A DNA stretch of 64,000 nt from an uncultured Actinomycetes bacterium (GCA_900314645.1 OMWB01000010.1:4893-68892); one strand, 5' to 3'. Positions 1 through 8,510 are shown, counted from the stretch's first letter. Numbers and translations are program-made. The notes: a model not told the origin generated them from the letters alone.

Positions 1-2
1 AG

Positions 3-38
3 AAGGTCTACACAAGGGACCTGTTCAGGCGGGACTAA
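3..38 (+). CDS. Last 11 codons of a UDP-glucose 6-dehydrogenase-like gene that begins upstream of the window (partial)
   Basis: Frame 3 reads KVYTRDLFRRD-stop. This is the typical C-terminal tail of UDP-glucose/GDP-mannose dehydrogenases. A similar tail (KVYVRDLF) recurs in the remnant at 8940-9185. Confidence 0.4.
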   Translation, partial: KVYTRDLFRRD

Positions 39-45
39 CTCCCTG

Positions 46-90
46 CCCATTCGGACGTTTGATGGCGGGGTTTGGTCCGAATGAGCTGCA
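46..90. repeat. Hairpin repeat, family F (attcggac-N18-gtccgaat)
   Basis: Arms at 49-56 and 75-82. Related copies at 3901-3943, 5519-5560, 8411-8455 and 17362-17408. Confidence 0.6.
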
Positions 91-418
91 GATGGACGCG
101 TTCTGCGTGGTGAGCGACAGCGGCACGCTGCCCGAGGAGTCGAGCTTCTACCTGAGCGTCGGGCACCCGATCCCCGCCGTGTGCATCCGCACGAGCGCCG
201 AGCGCCCCGAGGCGCTGGACAAGGGGTGCTCCGTGCTGTCCGGGATCGACGAGGCTGGCCTGCTGCAGTCGGTGGACCTGGCCGTTGAGATGGTGCGCAA
301 CGGCGACCTGGGCGTGGCCGTGCCTGACTACGTGGACGAGAACGTGAGCGACAAGGTCGTGCGGATCGTGCAGGGCTACGTCGGCGTGGTGAACAAGATG
401 GTGTGGAGGAAGGGGTAG
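59..418 (+). pseudogene. C-terminal fragment (about 110 aa) of a non-hydrolysing UDP-GlcNAc 2-epimerase (Cap5G/FnlC/WecB type). The N-terminal two thirds are missing.
   Basis: DAFCVVSDSGTLPEESSF...RTSAERPEALDKG...VPDY..NVSDKVVRIV matches the epimerase C-terminal half. The first about 10 codons of the ORF come from the family F hairpin repeat, not from epimerase sequence. Confidence 0.6.
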
Positions 419-441
419 GACTGACCTCTGTTTAGCACGCT

Positions 442-499
442 ACCCATTGCTAACGTTGACTTAAACGCCCGTCGCAACACTGTCAACCAGGAGAGCTGG
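442..499. repeat. Degenerate unit of hairpin repeat family M (ccattgcgaatgttgac-N16-19-gtcaacaWcagctgg)
   Basis: acccattgctaacgttgac...tgtcaaccaggagagctgg. Lies just after the epimerase fragment. Confidence 0.5.
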
Positions 500-768
500 C
501 CAAGGTCGCTGTCACTATTGACTGAAAGTCGATGCACAATGAGATGGGGTAGGCTCATCCGTGAACGGTCGGCTGGGGTCCCGCGGTACTGTTGCTCAGC
601 CTACGAAAGCTCAACCCCAATTCAACAATTCAACGTGATAGGCAAGCCTGTCTTCCACCGCTATTGCTGGAAATTACCCCTGCGCAACAGGCATCGAGTT
701 GGCGTTGACGGAGAGTTCTCTCTCGCGATATGTTTACTGTCGTTCCAGTGGTTGTGCAAGGGGATGTG

Positions 769-1545
769 ATGGCAATGACAGACAACGATAACTTATGGCC
801 CTTCGAAGTGACGGATGTCGAAAAGGCAAAGGCGTTTGATAGCCTGCTCAGCAAATACTTCAACGCCAATTTTGGTACGTTGACAAAATCTGAGTTTGAA
901 CTCATGCTCTTCTCTTTCTACTACGACCAGTGTCAGAGGGCTGAGTGCCGCGACAGAGCAGATTACACAAGCGACTATGCACTGTCGAAGAAGCTCGGAA
1001 TAACGCAAACGAGGGTAAGATCGCTCAAGCTACGAAAGTCATTGAAGGAGCCCGAAGCAGATGACGCGTGGACGGAATTGTTTGCCCGCTCTATCGAGAA
1101 CGCAAAATACGACGATAAGAGCGGTCTCATCAAGATGATAGTCCCTGACATCACGGTTTTGGTAGAGCTCAGGCACATAGTAGAAATGCTTGGCTGGTAC
1201 GATGAGTACCAGCTCAACCCGAAACTCTTCCAGTGCCCTCCTGGATGCCTCATTGAATTGTGCAACAAGCTTTGCAAGCCCGATGAGCTCCTACTAGACA
1301 AAGAGGCAATCGAGAGGTTGCAAAAGGAAAAAGAGCGTATCGAAAAGGAAACCGGAAACGACCAAGCTTCCAAACAGATGAAGAGCCTCGCCGAGTTCAT
1401 GGGTCGCCTTGCCAGCGGCGCAACTCTCGCTGGGAAGGTGTCTGAAGTCCTTGCGCCTGAATCTTTGAAGATTGTGATCAGTCTTCTCGGGAAGGTTGGT
1501 CCAATCGCTGCGGCCTTGCAAGCATTCGCACAGGGACTGGCGTAG
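769..1545 (+). CDS. Hypothetical protein: HTH-like segment, coiled coil, hydrophobic/amphipathic C-terminal tail (low-GC cassette gene 1)
   Basis: ORF 730-1545. ATG at 769 follows aagggga. SDYALSKKLGITQTRVRSLK looks like a helix-turn-helix. EKE-rich coiled coil, then a GKVGPIAAALQAFAQGLA tail. A sampled 60-mer has 45% GC versus about 63% in the core. Confidence 0.65.
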   Translation: MAMTDNDNLWPFEVTDVEKAKAFDSLLSKYFNANFGTLTKSEFELMLFSFYYDQCQRAECRDRADYTSDYALSKKLGITQTRVRSLKLRKSLKEPEADDAWTELFARSIENAKYDDKSGLIKMIVPDITVLVELRHIVEMLGWYDEYQLNPKLFQCPPGCLIELCNKLCKPDELLLDKEAIERLQKEKERIEKETGNDQASKQMKSLAEFMGRLASGATLAGKVSEVLAPESLKIVISLLGKVGPIAAALQAFAQGLA

Positions 1546-1584
1546 CAGGAGATCTGGTGCATGACTCTTTAGAAGGAGGCGACA

Positions 1585-2304
1585 ATGCTCATTTCAGTCG
1601 ATGCTTTTGAAATATCGAACCGGGTGATGCTTGCGCTTGCCACCCAACAAGCGAATTCTCCGACCTCAGCTGCAATCGATTGGCCTACTGTTTTGCCAGT
1701 TGTGATTTCCATCGTCACTGTGCTGGTGCCACCGTTTTTTGACTATCTTGCTGAAAGGCGCGCCCTCAGGGATTGGGCCAGCATTCTCAAGGCCATTGAT
1801 GTTTACTCGCGTTGGGCGGAGATTGGTGACCTAAAGACTGTTTTACGGCTTAAAAGGTTTATAGACATTTTGATTGAGCAGCAGGCAAAAGCCCCGTCTG
1901 ATGTTTGGCGATATGCGATTCCCGTGATATGCATCCTCATCGAGGCTGCACTCGCATTGTGGGTCTTGATCCGCGGAAATCTGCTATCGGCGGTTCCGGT
2001 TATTATCGCCATTACATTGATGGTAATGATGCTTCGCAGATCGATTGCTTTCAACAACATGCGCAAACAGAGTCTTTATGGCATAGACGACATGTATGAT
2101 GAGCTAATGGGAAAAGCGGCAAATACTGCCAGTCAAATTGTCGGCTACGACTTGGTTTACAAGACGCTGGAAAAAGAGAACGAGATGGATGCCCGTATGG
2201 CCGAGATCTTTTCCTCTGGCGACCCATTAACACGAAGGTTATATCTCTCCGCTTTGGAAAAGGAGAGAAGAACTCATAGCCAAGACACGGATGAACAAGA
2301 ATAG
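1585..2304 (+). CDS. Hypothetical 3-TM membrane protein (low-GC cassette gene 2)
   Basis: RBS gaaggagg 6 nt before the ATG, 40 nt after gene 1. Three hydrophobic segments (WPTVLPVVISIVTVLVPPFF, IPVICILIEAALALWVLI, AVPVIIAITLMVMML) and an acidic C-terminus. Confidence 0.7.
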   Translation: MLISVDAFEISNRVMLALATQQANSPTSAAIDWPTVLPVVISIVTVLVPPFFDYLAERRALRDWASILKAIDVYSRWAEIGDLKTVLRLKRFIDILIEQQAKAPSDVWRYAIPVICILIEAALALWVLIRGNLLSAVPVIIAITLMVMMLRRSIAFNNMRKQSLYGIDDMYDELMGKAANTASQIVGYDLVYKTLEKENEMDARMAEIFSSGDPLTRRLYLSALEKERRTHSQDTDEQE

Positions 2305-2391
2305 TCCGATAGCGGAGGCTTCTGTCTGGATTGGCTCGCGCTGGGCGCATCGTCCCCGTCACCTTCGTCGCTAACCCCATCAGCATCCCCT

Positions 2392-2480
2392 CCCCATGCG
2401 ATTGTTGTCATTACGGGGCGGCTTTCGGTCAACAACAGCTTAAAGAGTGGGGTGGGGAGCAGGCGCTCTCCCGCCGCAGG
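2392..2480. repeat. Family M hairpin unit with G-rich tail
   Basis: ccccatgcgattgttgtc-N-ggtcaacaacagcttaaagagtggggtgggg. Near-identical tails at 3841-3860, 5481-5500 and 8361-8380. Confidence 0.65.
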
Positions 2481-2663
2481 CATCCCTGTCTGACGTAGTC
2501 TAGATTTCCCCATTCACAAACGGGTTTTCCCCACGCTCACATGGGGAAATCCCCGCTCTCACGGAGGGCGCGGCATGCCCGTCGCCCCCGCGAAGGTAGC
2601 CTCCGTAGCAAGGGTGTCCAAGCCTTTGGTTACGGAAGGACGACAGAAAGGATGGCCCTAGGC

Positions 2664-2821
2664 ATGCCGCAGATAGATGATATACGCAGGCTGTGGTTCG
2701 AGGGGCGGGGCGCTCCGAGATCGCCCGCATGACCGGCCACTACAGGAAGACGGTGAGGAGCGGTCATTCTGCGAAGGCTTCTGTAAAGACATTCCAATCT
2801 GCAGTCGATCTCATTCCATGA
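2664..2821 (+). pseudogene. 5' remnant of a transposase N-terminal HTH (IS21/IstA-like), frameshifted
   Basis: MPQIDDIRRLWFEG, then after a frame change near 2712, RSEIARMTGHYRKTVRS. This resembles the IRRL..EG.SIREIAR.TG.SRKTVRKYL pattern. No transposase body follows. Confidence 0.35.
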
Positions 2822-2881
2822 GAAAGGCCTCGCAAAGCCCTACAAGGCTATGCGAGGCCATTGTGTTCCAGCTTGCTTCCG

Positions 2882-3343
2882 TTACGCTACTGACGTTTCC
2901 TTCCGAGGCCTGCCGGGCTTGGATTTCTCGGCGAGCCTCGTCTCGACGCTTTCCACGGACACCATGCGCGTGCGTCCAACCTTCCAGCTGGTGAGTAACT
3001 CTGCCTTGCAAAGCTGGGCGACGCGCGCGGTGCTGATTCCGAGCTCCTTTGCCGCCTCTGCCGCCGTCATTGCAGGGACCTCGTCGAGGCCCGTTTCGAT
3101 GGCGATGGTGATCATGCGGCCACCCATCGTTGGGCTGGTTCCCAAGGGGAGCTCGGGCCAAGCTTCTCCCCTCATGAGGTAGTCTAGAGCGGTTTCCCTC
3201 AGCCAATCTGCGGACATTCTGATCGCATCGTTCTGGTTGTAGCCCTCGGTAACGCCGTCGAGGCCTACTGGCAACGCGACTACTCGCTCGTTGCGCTCAA
3301 GCAATTCGAAGTCGCAGACAAACACCTCCTTCTTTCCTGCCAT
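2882..3343 (-). CDS. hicB: HicB-family antitoxin with C-terminal excisionase/MerR-like HTH
   Basis: The N-terminal part fits the HicB fold pattern (VALPVGLDGVTEGYNQNDAIRMSADWLRETALDYL). The C-terminal part is MTAAEAAKELGISTARVAQLCK...RTRMVSVESVE plus a KPGRPRK tail. Lies directly downstream of hicA. Confidence 0.8.
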   Translation of the reverse strand: MAGKKEVFVCDFELLERNERVVALPVGLDGVTEGYNQNDAIRMSADWLRETALDYLMRGEAWPELPLGTSPTMGGRMITIAIETGLDEVPAMTAAEAAKELGISTARVAQLCKAELLTSWKVGRTRMVSVESVETRLAEKSKPGRPRKETSVA

Positions 3344-3398
3344 GCTGCACTCCCTTCTCCTTTCCTCGTGATCCGCCTAAGCCCCGAAGGGGGCGGGG

Positions 3399-3581
3399 CT
3401 ACAGCAGCCCCGCCTGTTTTCTGATGACCTGCGCGGTGATTTCGTCTATCTCCGCGTGTCGAGGAACCGATATCGAGCGCAACCCCGGCTTCATAAACTT
3501 GTCGTGCGGACCTTTCGTCCGCTTGACCTTTGTCCAGCCGGCCTCAATCAGTTCCTTTTCGAGGTCTCGCTTCTTAGGCAT
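3399..3581 (-). CDS. hicA: HicA-family mRNA interferase toxin
   Basis: 60 aa. KKRDLEKELIEAGWTKVKRTKGPHDKF...SVPRHAEIDEITAQVIRKQAGL is the classic HicA/YcfA pattern. RBS taggaggtga precedes the start. Confidence 0.85.
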   Translation of the reverse strand: MPKKRDLEKELIEAGWTKVKRTKGPHDKFMKPGLRSISVPRHAEIDEITAQVIRKQAGLL

Positions 3582-3613
3582 GGATCACCTCCTATAATCG
3601 AAGCGGTATTTAT

Positions 3614-3672
3614 CTTAGCACAGCTAAGGGATTACATGGCCAGAAATATTAGATTAGCTAAGGTTTTGTCAA
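3614..3672 (-). promoter_or_regulatory. Putative hicAB promoter and operator palindromes
   Basis: Minus strand has TTGACA (3667-3672) and TAATAT (3646-3651) with a 15-nt spacer. Perfect palindrome cttagcacagctaag at 3614-3628 and ttagctaa at 3654-3661. Confidence 0.35.
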
Positions 3673-3789
3673 TGGACTCGGGTGTTGGTCTTCTGTCTAG
3701 CGGCGTTGTGCGGCGCGGCTGCTGCCATCGTCTTCATGCGGTGTTAGCGTCAGACACGGAGAGGTAGGGGCCGGAGCCGCTGTCGCACC

Positions 3790-3943
3790 CCCTCATGCGA
3801 ATGCTGACATTACGCGGCCGATTTCGGTCAACAACAGCTGGAAGAGCGGGGTGGGGGCAGACGCTCTCCCACACCGCTTTTGAGGCGGACGCCTCCCAGC
3901 CCAACAGGACGTTTCTCGGCAGGTTTTAGTCTGATTGGGCTGG
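3790..3943. repeat. Composite repeat: family M unit plus family F hairpin
   Basis: ccctcatgcgaatgctgac-N-ggtcaacaacagctggaagagcggggtggggg, followed by ggacgtttctcggcaggttttagtctgattgggctgg. Confidence 0.65.
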
Positions 3944-4141
3944 ATTCCCGCTCAACCGGACATCCTCGTCCCATCCGGGGTTTACCACGGATGGGATGCT
4001 GCGACAGCCACCCTGTCCCCAACGTGCGGGCACAGCAGCACGTCTCGCAAAGAGGCGCTTGCCTCACGAGGTCTATGGGATATGATTCCTAGCATATATG
4101 TGCAGGCGGGGAACGCGAGTCGGCGATACCGCCGGAGTTCG

Positions 4142-5203
4142 ATGGGGATGGCCATGAAAGCTAAATCTGCAACAGGCCGCTTGTTGGCAGCGTTTTTGCT
4201 GGTCTGCCTACTGGGCGCTGCGGTGCTGTTCGTCCGCACAACTGGAGGGTCTACCGATCCAGGCCAAGTGATTCCCGATGAGGCGGAACACGCCGTGCAG
4301 ATCTTCGTCGAGTGCAAGGAGAATCTCAAATTCAGCAGGTATGACGTCGACGTGGAGCTGGACGGGGAGAAGATCGGCACCGTCGAGCACGGCGGCGCGC
4401 AGGCGTTCGAGCTAAGCCTCTCCATGGGCCAGCACGAGCTCGTATTCGTGAAGGAGGGCGCCTCCGAGCCTGACGGCAGGGCATCCTTCGTGGTGAAGGG
4501 CTGGGGCGACGCGTTCTCCTACCTGATTAGCTGCACGGAGGACCAGATTGGGGTCGAGGCAATCGGGGACGAGGCGGAGCCCGCAAAGGAGGAGCCCGCA
4601 AAGGAGGAGGCTACTAAGGAAGAGCCGCCTGCGGAGGAGGCGCCTACGGTTGAGGCCAAGGAAGACCCACCTGCGGAGGAAGCCACCAAGGAGGAGCCGC
4701 CAGCAGAGAAGGAATCCACTACGGAGGAGCCTGCCAAGGAGGAGTCGCTTTCGGAAGAGCCGAGGCACGCCGTGGAGCTCCTCGTGGACTGCGAGAAGAA
4801 CGTCAAGTTCAGCAGGTACGACGTCGACGTTGATGTCGACGGGGAGAGGGTCGGCACAATCGAGCACGGCGGCAGGGCGACGTTCGCGCTGAGCCTCGCC
4901 GAGGGCCAGCACGAGCTCGCGTTCAGGGAGGCCGGCGAGGCCGAGCCTGAGGGCAAGGTGGACTTCGTGGTGGAGGGCGAGGGCGATAGCTTCTCCTACG
5001 AGATCCACTGCACGAGGAACAAGATCAAGGTCGAGCCGACGACGCGAAGGAGGAGCTCGTCAAAGACGAGCCGAGGCGCGCCGTGGAGCTCCTCGTGGAC
5101 TGCGAGAAGAACGTCAAGTTCAGCAGGTACGACGTCGACGTGGAGGTCGACGGGGAGAGGGTCGGAACAATCGAGCACGGAAGCAAGGCGACGTTCGCCC
5201 TGA
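4142..5203 (+). CDS. Membrane-anchored protein with repeated beta-rich domains of about 95 aa and a Pro/Glu-rich linker. Reading frame is lost near 5038.
   Basis: MGMAMKAKSATGRLLAAFLLVCLLGAAVLFV is a signal anchor. Domain copies (VECKENLKFSRYDVDVELDGEKIG... and VDCEKNVKFSRYDVDVDVDGERVG...) are separated by an EPAKEEPAKEE linker. After KIKVEP the ORF continues as an unrelated Arg/Ser-rich sequence. Confidence 0.6.
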   Translation: MGMAMKAKSATGRLLAAFLLVCLLGAAVLFVRTTGGSTDPGQVIPDEAEHAVQIFVECKENLKFSRYDVDVELDGEKIGTVEHGGAQAFELSLSMGQHELVFVKEGASEPDGRASFVVKGWGDAFSYLISCTEDQIGVEAIGDEAEPAKEEPAKEEATKEEPPAEEAPTVEAKEDPPAEEATKEEPPAEKESTTEEPAKEESLSEEPRHAVELLVDCEKNVKFSRYDVDVDVDGERVGTIEHGGRATFALSLAEGQHELAFREAGEAEPEGKVDFVVEGEGDSFSYEIHCTRNKIKVEPTTRRRSSSKTSRGAPWSSSWTARRTSSSAGTTSTWRSTGRGSEQSSTEARRRSP

Positions 5204-5397
5204 GCCTCGCCGAGGGCCAGCACGAGCTCGCGTTCAGGGAGGCCGGCGAAACCGAGCCTGAGGGCAAGGTGGACTTCGTGGTGGAGGGCGAGGGCGATAG
5301 CTTCTCCTACGAGATCCACTGCACGAGGAACAAGATCAAGGTCGAGCCGATCCACTGCACGAGGAACAAGATCAAGGTCGAGCCGATCGGGGAGTAG
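5083..5397 (+). CDS. Third copy of the same 95-aa domain, in a different frame. Probably the 3' part of the preceding gene, separated by a 1-nt frameshift.
   Basis: ELLVDCEKNVKFSRYDVDVEVDGERVGTIEHG...SFSYEIHCTRNKIKVEP is nearly identical to copy 2. Ends with a 36-bp tandem duplication (5314-5349 and 5350-5385). Confidence 0.55.
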   Translation: MELLVDCEKNVKFSRYDVDVEVDGERVGTIEHGSKATFALSLAEGQHELAFREAGETEPEGKVDFVVEGEGDSFSYEIHCTRNKIKVEPIHCTRNKIKVEPIGE

Positions 5398-5432
5398 GGG
5401 ATACCGCTTCGAAGTGGGATGGGTCTGCCTTC

Positions 5433-5830
5433 CTTCATGCGAATGTTGACATCCCAAGGCCTTTCTCGGTCAACAACAGCTGGAAGAGCGGGGTGGGAGA
5501 GAGCGCACACCCTCCTGCCAATCCGGACGTTTCTCGGCAGGTTTTGGTCCGAATGAGTTGGCCCCCCGCCCAACCGGTCGCTCCAGCTCCCTCAATCGTC
5601 CAGTTGAGCAGGTTCTCCGCCCATCCGGACGTTTGGAGCCCCCCGTTCGACTGATTGCGCTGGTTTCCCGCCCAACCGGACGTTCCAGCCCTCCCGTTCG
5701 ACTGATTGAGCAGGTTTCCCGCCCGACCAGACGTTCTGGGCCCCGCTTGGCCCGATCGGCCCCCCACCCATTGCGAATGTTGACCTAAACGGCCGCCGTC
5801 GAAACGTCAACAACAGCCGGTCCCAGCCCC
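5433..5830. repeat. Composite intergenic repeat block: M unit, F hairpin, 4 x 51-bp tandem repeat, M unit
   Basis: M unit at 5433-5500, F hairpin at 5519-5560, and M unit at 5766-5820. The anchor ccgcccaaccgg/ccgcccatccgg recurs at 5566, 5617, 5668 and 5719, a period of 51. Confidence 0.7.
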
Positions 5831-5893
5831 GCCCGACGTGTTATCCCAATCCCCACTGCTACACTTATCCAAACTACGGGAGGGGGAGGCACC

Positions 5894-8308
5894 ATGGCCC
5901 AAGAAGCTCACATCAAACCCGACGACTTCGAAGCCCGCTATGAGCAGGCACGCGATGTGTACCAAGCAAAGGACTATGATGCGGCCTACCAACAGCTCCT
6001 TCCGCTTGCCCGCGCGGGACATGCGAGGGCGCAGCAGCTTGTAGGGTACATGTGCCGGAAGGGATGGGGCGTCCAGCAGGATTTCAGCCGCGCGTTCCTC
6101 TGGCTTTCTCGTGCAGCAGACCAGGGACTTGCCTCCTCGATAACCCAGCTTGGCATGATGTTTGACGAGGGCGAAGGCGTGCCTCAAAACTACAGGCGCT
6201 CCCATGCCCTTTACGTCGAGGCGGCAAAAAAGGGAAATGCGCTCGCCATGGCCAAGGCGGCCGAGGACTACGTGGGCTCTTGGGGGACATATAAGGACGC
6301 GTTGTACGCGCTCGAATGGTACACCAAGGCTCGTGATGCTGGACGGCAGTCCGCCTCGGAGAAGGTCGCCGAGGTAGAGGCCTTGATTTACGAACCTAAG
6401 GTGGAGATCCCAGAGGGCATGACAGCCGAGCAGTTCGTCGCAGACCTCGAGCAACGCGCGCGTGACAAAGACGTGGACGCTTCCTTTAAGTTGGCGCTCT
6501 GCGAGCGAGACGGCATCGGCACTGAGAAGCAGATGCAGTTTTTCCTCGAGCAGGTGGTCATTGCGATCAAGATGGAGAGCAGTGACGCCATGGACATGGC
6601 AAGGCGCCTAGGCAGCGAAGTCTTTGCGCGCTATGCCTTCGGTTACTACCATGCCAAGCGGTACGTGTGGGCGTGGCACTTCGCGGATGTCGCAGCAGCT
6701 TTGGGTAACCCGGACGGCAATTTTGTGAAGGGAGTACTCAAGTATCTCGGCCATGAGGTCGAGAAGGACGAGGCGGCGGGGATCGAGTACCTTCGCAAGG
6801 GCGCCGAGAAGGATTCTGCCAGAGCGTGCTTCTTCTATGGCAGGGTTTTCCTCTATGGGGAGGAGGACCAACGCGACGATGCCGAGGGCATGCGCTGGCT
6901 GTGCAGAGCCGCCATCCTCGGTGAAGAGGAGTCTGCCAAGCAGGTCATGGAGAGGATCAAAAAGGGTGAGTATGAGCTAGAGCCCGGGCAGGCTGGCGTC
7001 TACGAAACCGCGGCGCGCGCGGGTGATGGGGAGGCGCGGCGACGCCTTGCCCTGGAATACGAGCGCAGCAGTGATGACAGCTTCAGGGATATCTGCAAGG
7101 CGGCCCTTTGGTTTGAACGCGGTGTCGCTGCGGGCGATAAGGACGCGGACGATTGCCTCTCTCGGGTGTATGCCTCCGACCAGTGGAATGATGACGACAC
7201 CTTGCTGCCGCCTGCCCGGTATGGCAAGGCCGCTGAGGACGGTTGTGGCTTTGCGATTCAGCACCTTGCCGAGGCGTATCTTGAGGGCGTCGGTGTGGAG
7301 CAGGACAAGGCGAAGGCCGCCCAGCTCTTTGTGAAGGCGGGCAACGCCGGTTTGGGCGAGGGCTTTTACCGTGCCGCGTGCCTGTATAGCGAGGGCGACG
7401 GCGTGCGCAAGGATCCCGCGTGGGCGGTTTCGCTGCTCAGGAAGGGTGCCGAGCTCAAGAATGCCGACGCGCAGTATGCGTTGGGGTGCGCCTACCGCGA
7501 TGGCATAGGTGTCTCGCGAGATGTTCTCAAGGCGGTTGATTGCTTCTTTGACGCGGCGGAACAGGGTCACGTGAAGGCGCTTGCGGCGGATGCATATCTT
7601 GTCGAGGTCTACCACAAGCCGGAGGTCGCTCGCGAGCATGCCGAGATGGCCGCCCAGCTTGGCGATTCGGCCGCCAAGCTGCTCATTGCGCAGAAGAAGC
7701 TTGTGGGCAGTGCGTATGACGTTGACGCGCAGGATGCGCGCGGGCGGTTCGAGGAGCTTGCCGCGGAGGATTGCGAGCTCGCCTGCTACGCGAACCTCTT
7801 CCTCGGCGTGATCTATCTGAAGGGGCTTGGGGTCGAGGCCGACCTCTCGAAGAGCGTGGAGCTGCTTGTGCTTGCGGCAGATCAGGGCAGCCCTGCTGCC
7901 GCGCAGATCCTCGATGACCTGCATTTGGCGGAAGGGGAGGCCATCAAGGAGCGCTATCAGAAGGAATTCGAAAAGCATTATCGCGATCAGAAGTATATGG
8001 ATAGAGTCCGCGAGGAGCTTAGTCATCGGTTGATTCCCAGCGTTGATGAGGGCTGGTCCAAGCGTGCGAGCGACCTTGCGGCGGAGCGTCCGGACCATGC
8101 GAACTATGAGCTGCTGCTGGATAAGGTGTACGAGCTTGGCGAGAACCGCTACGACGCCAAGAAGCGCAGGGCAATGCTCTATGAATACGGCTATGTCAAG
8201 GTCATGCAGGTGAAGACGCAAAGGAATCGACACGGTAACTGGCGCTTTGACGGGGCAACTGACGCTGAGGTGATGTCGTTCCTGCGGTCAAGGGGGCTCG
8301 TGAAGTGA
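5894..8308 (+). CDS. Sel1-like repeat (SLR/TPR-family) protein, 804 aa
   Basis: Many Sel1 signatures (AQQLVGYMCRKGWGVQQDFSRAFLWLSRAADQG, QLGMMFDEGEGVPQNYRRSHALYVEAAKKGN, AQYALGCAYRDGIGVSRDVLKAVDCFFDAAEQGH). RBS gggaggggga precedes the start. Confidence 0.85.
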   Translation: MAQEAHIKPDDFEARYEQARDVYQAKDYDAAYQQLLPLARAGHARAQQLVGYMCRKGWGVQQDFSRAFLWLSRAADQGLASSITQLGMMFDEGEGVPQNYRRSHALYVEAAKKGNALAMAKAAEDYVGSWGTYKDALYALEWYTKARDAGRQSASEKVAEVEALIYEPKVEIPEGMTAEQFVADLEQRARDKDVDASFKLALCERDGIGTEKQMQFFLEQVVIAIKMESSDAMDMARRLGSEVFARYAFGYYHAKRYVWAWHFADVAAALGNPDGNFVKGVLKYLGHEVEKDEAAGIEYLRKGAEKDSARACFFYGRVFLYGEEDQRDDAEGMRWLCRAAILGEEESAKQVMERIKKGEYELEPGQAGVYETAARAGDGEARRRLALEYERSSDDSFRDICKAALWFERGVAAGDKDADDCLSRVYASDQWNDDDTLLPPARYGKAAEDGCGFAIQHLAEAYLEGVGVEQDKAKAAQLFVKAGNAGLGEGFYRAACLYSEGDGVRKDPAWAVSLLRKGAELKNADAQYALGCAYRDGIGVSRDVLKAVDCFFDAAEQGHVKALAADAYLVEVYHKPEVAREHAEMAAQLGDSAAKLLIAQKKLVGSAYDVDAQDARGRFEELAAEDCELACYANLFLGVIYLKGLGVEADLSKSVELLVLAADQGSPAAAQILDDLHLAEGEAIKERYQKEFEKHYRDQKYMDRVREELSHRLIPSVDEGWSKRASDLAAERPDHANYELLLDKVYELGENRYDAKKRRAMLYEYGYVKVMQVKTQRNRHGNWRFDGATDAEVMSFLRSRGLVK

Positions 8309-8510
8309 CCCATTGCGAATGTTGACCTAAGCGGTCGCTGCCTTCGGTCAACAAGAGCTAGAAGAGCGGGGTGGTGGAGCAGGGTCTCTCCCGCCTAGCT
8401 TTTGTTTTATTCCATCCGGACGTTTCTCTGCGTCTTTTGGTCCATTTGAATCGGCGCTTCTTTTGCGATTGTTGACATTGCAAGGCTATTTCGGTCAACA
8501 ACGGCCTGAG
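8309..8510. repeat. Composite repeat: M unit, F hairpin, M unit
   Basis: Starts immediately after the stop codon. cccattgcgaatgttgac...ggtcaacaagagctagaagagcggggtgg, then tccatccggacgtttctctgcgtcttttggtcc, then ttgcgattgttgac...ggtcaacaacgg. Confidence 0.7.

Noticed and set aside
3935-4141. N-terminal extension of the repeat-domain protein (listed ORF start at 3935)
   Set aside because: The extension overlaps the family M/F repeat block and has no signal-like features. The ATG at 4142 follows a ggag motif and begins a typical signal anchor.
6977-8233. Long antisense ORFs, for example 6977-8233(-), 16124-17128(-), 21718-22989(-), 28950-29975(-), 35173-36186(-), 36259-37344(-), 38383-39405(-), 45101-46345(-) and 51719-53455(-)
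   Set aside because: These are typical high-GC shadow ORFs opposite well-supported genes. Their compositions are Arg/Gly/Leu/Val-rich and low in complexity. They have no RBS and no recognisable motifs.
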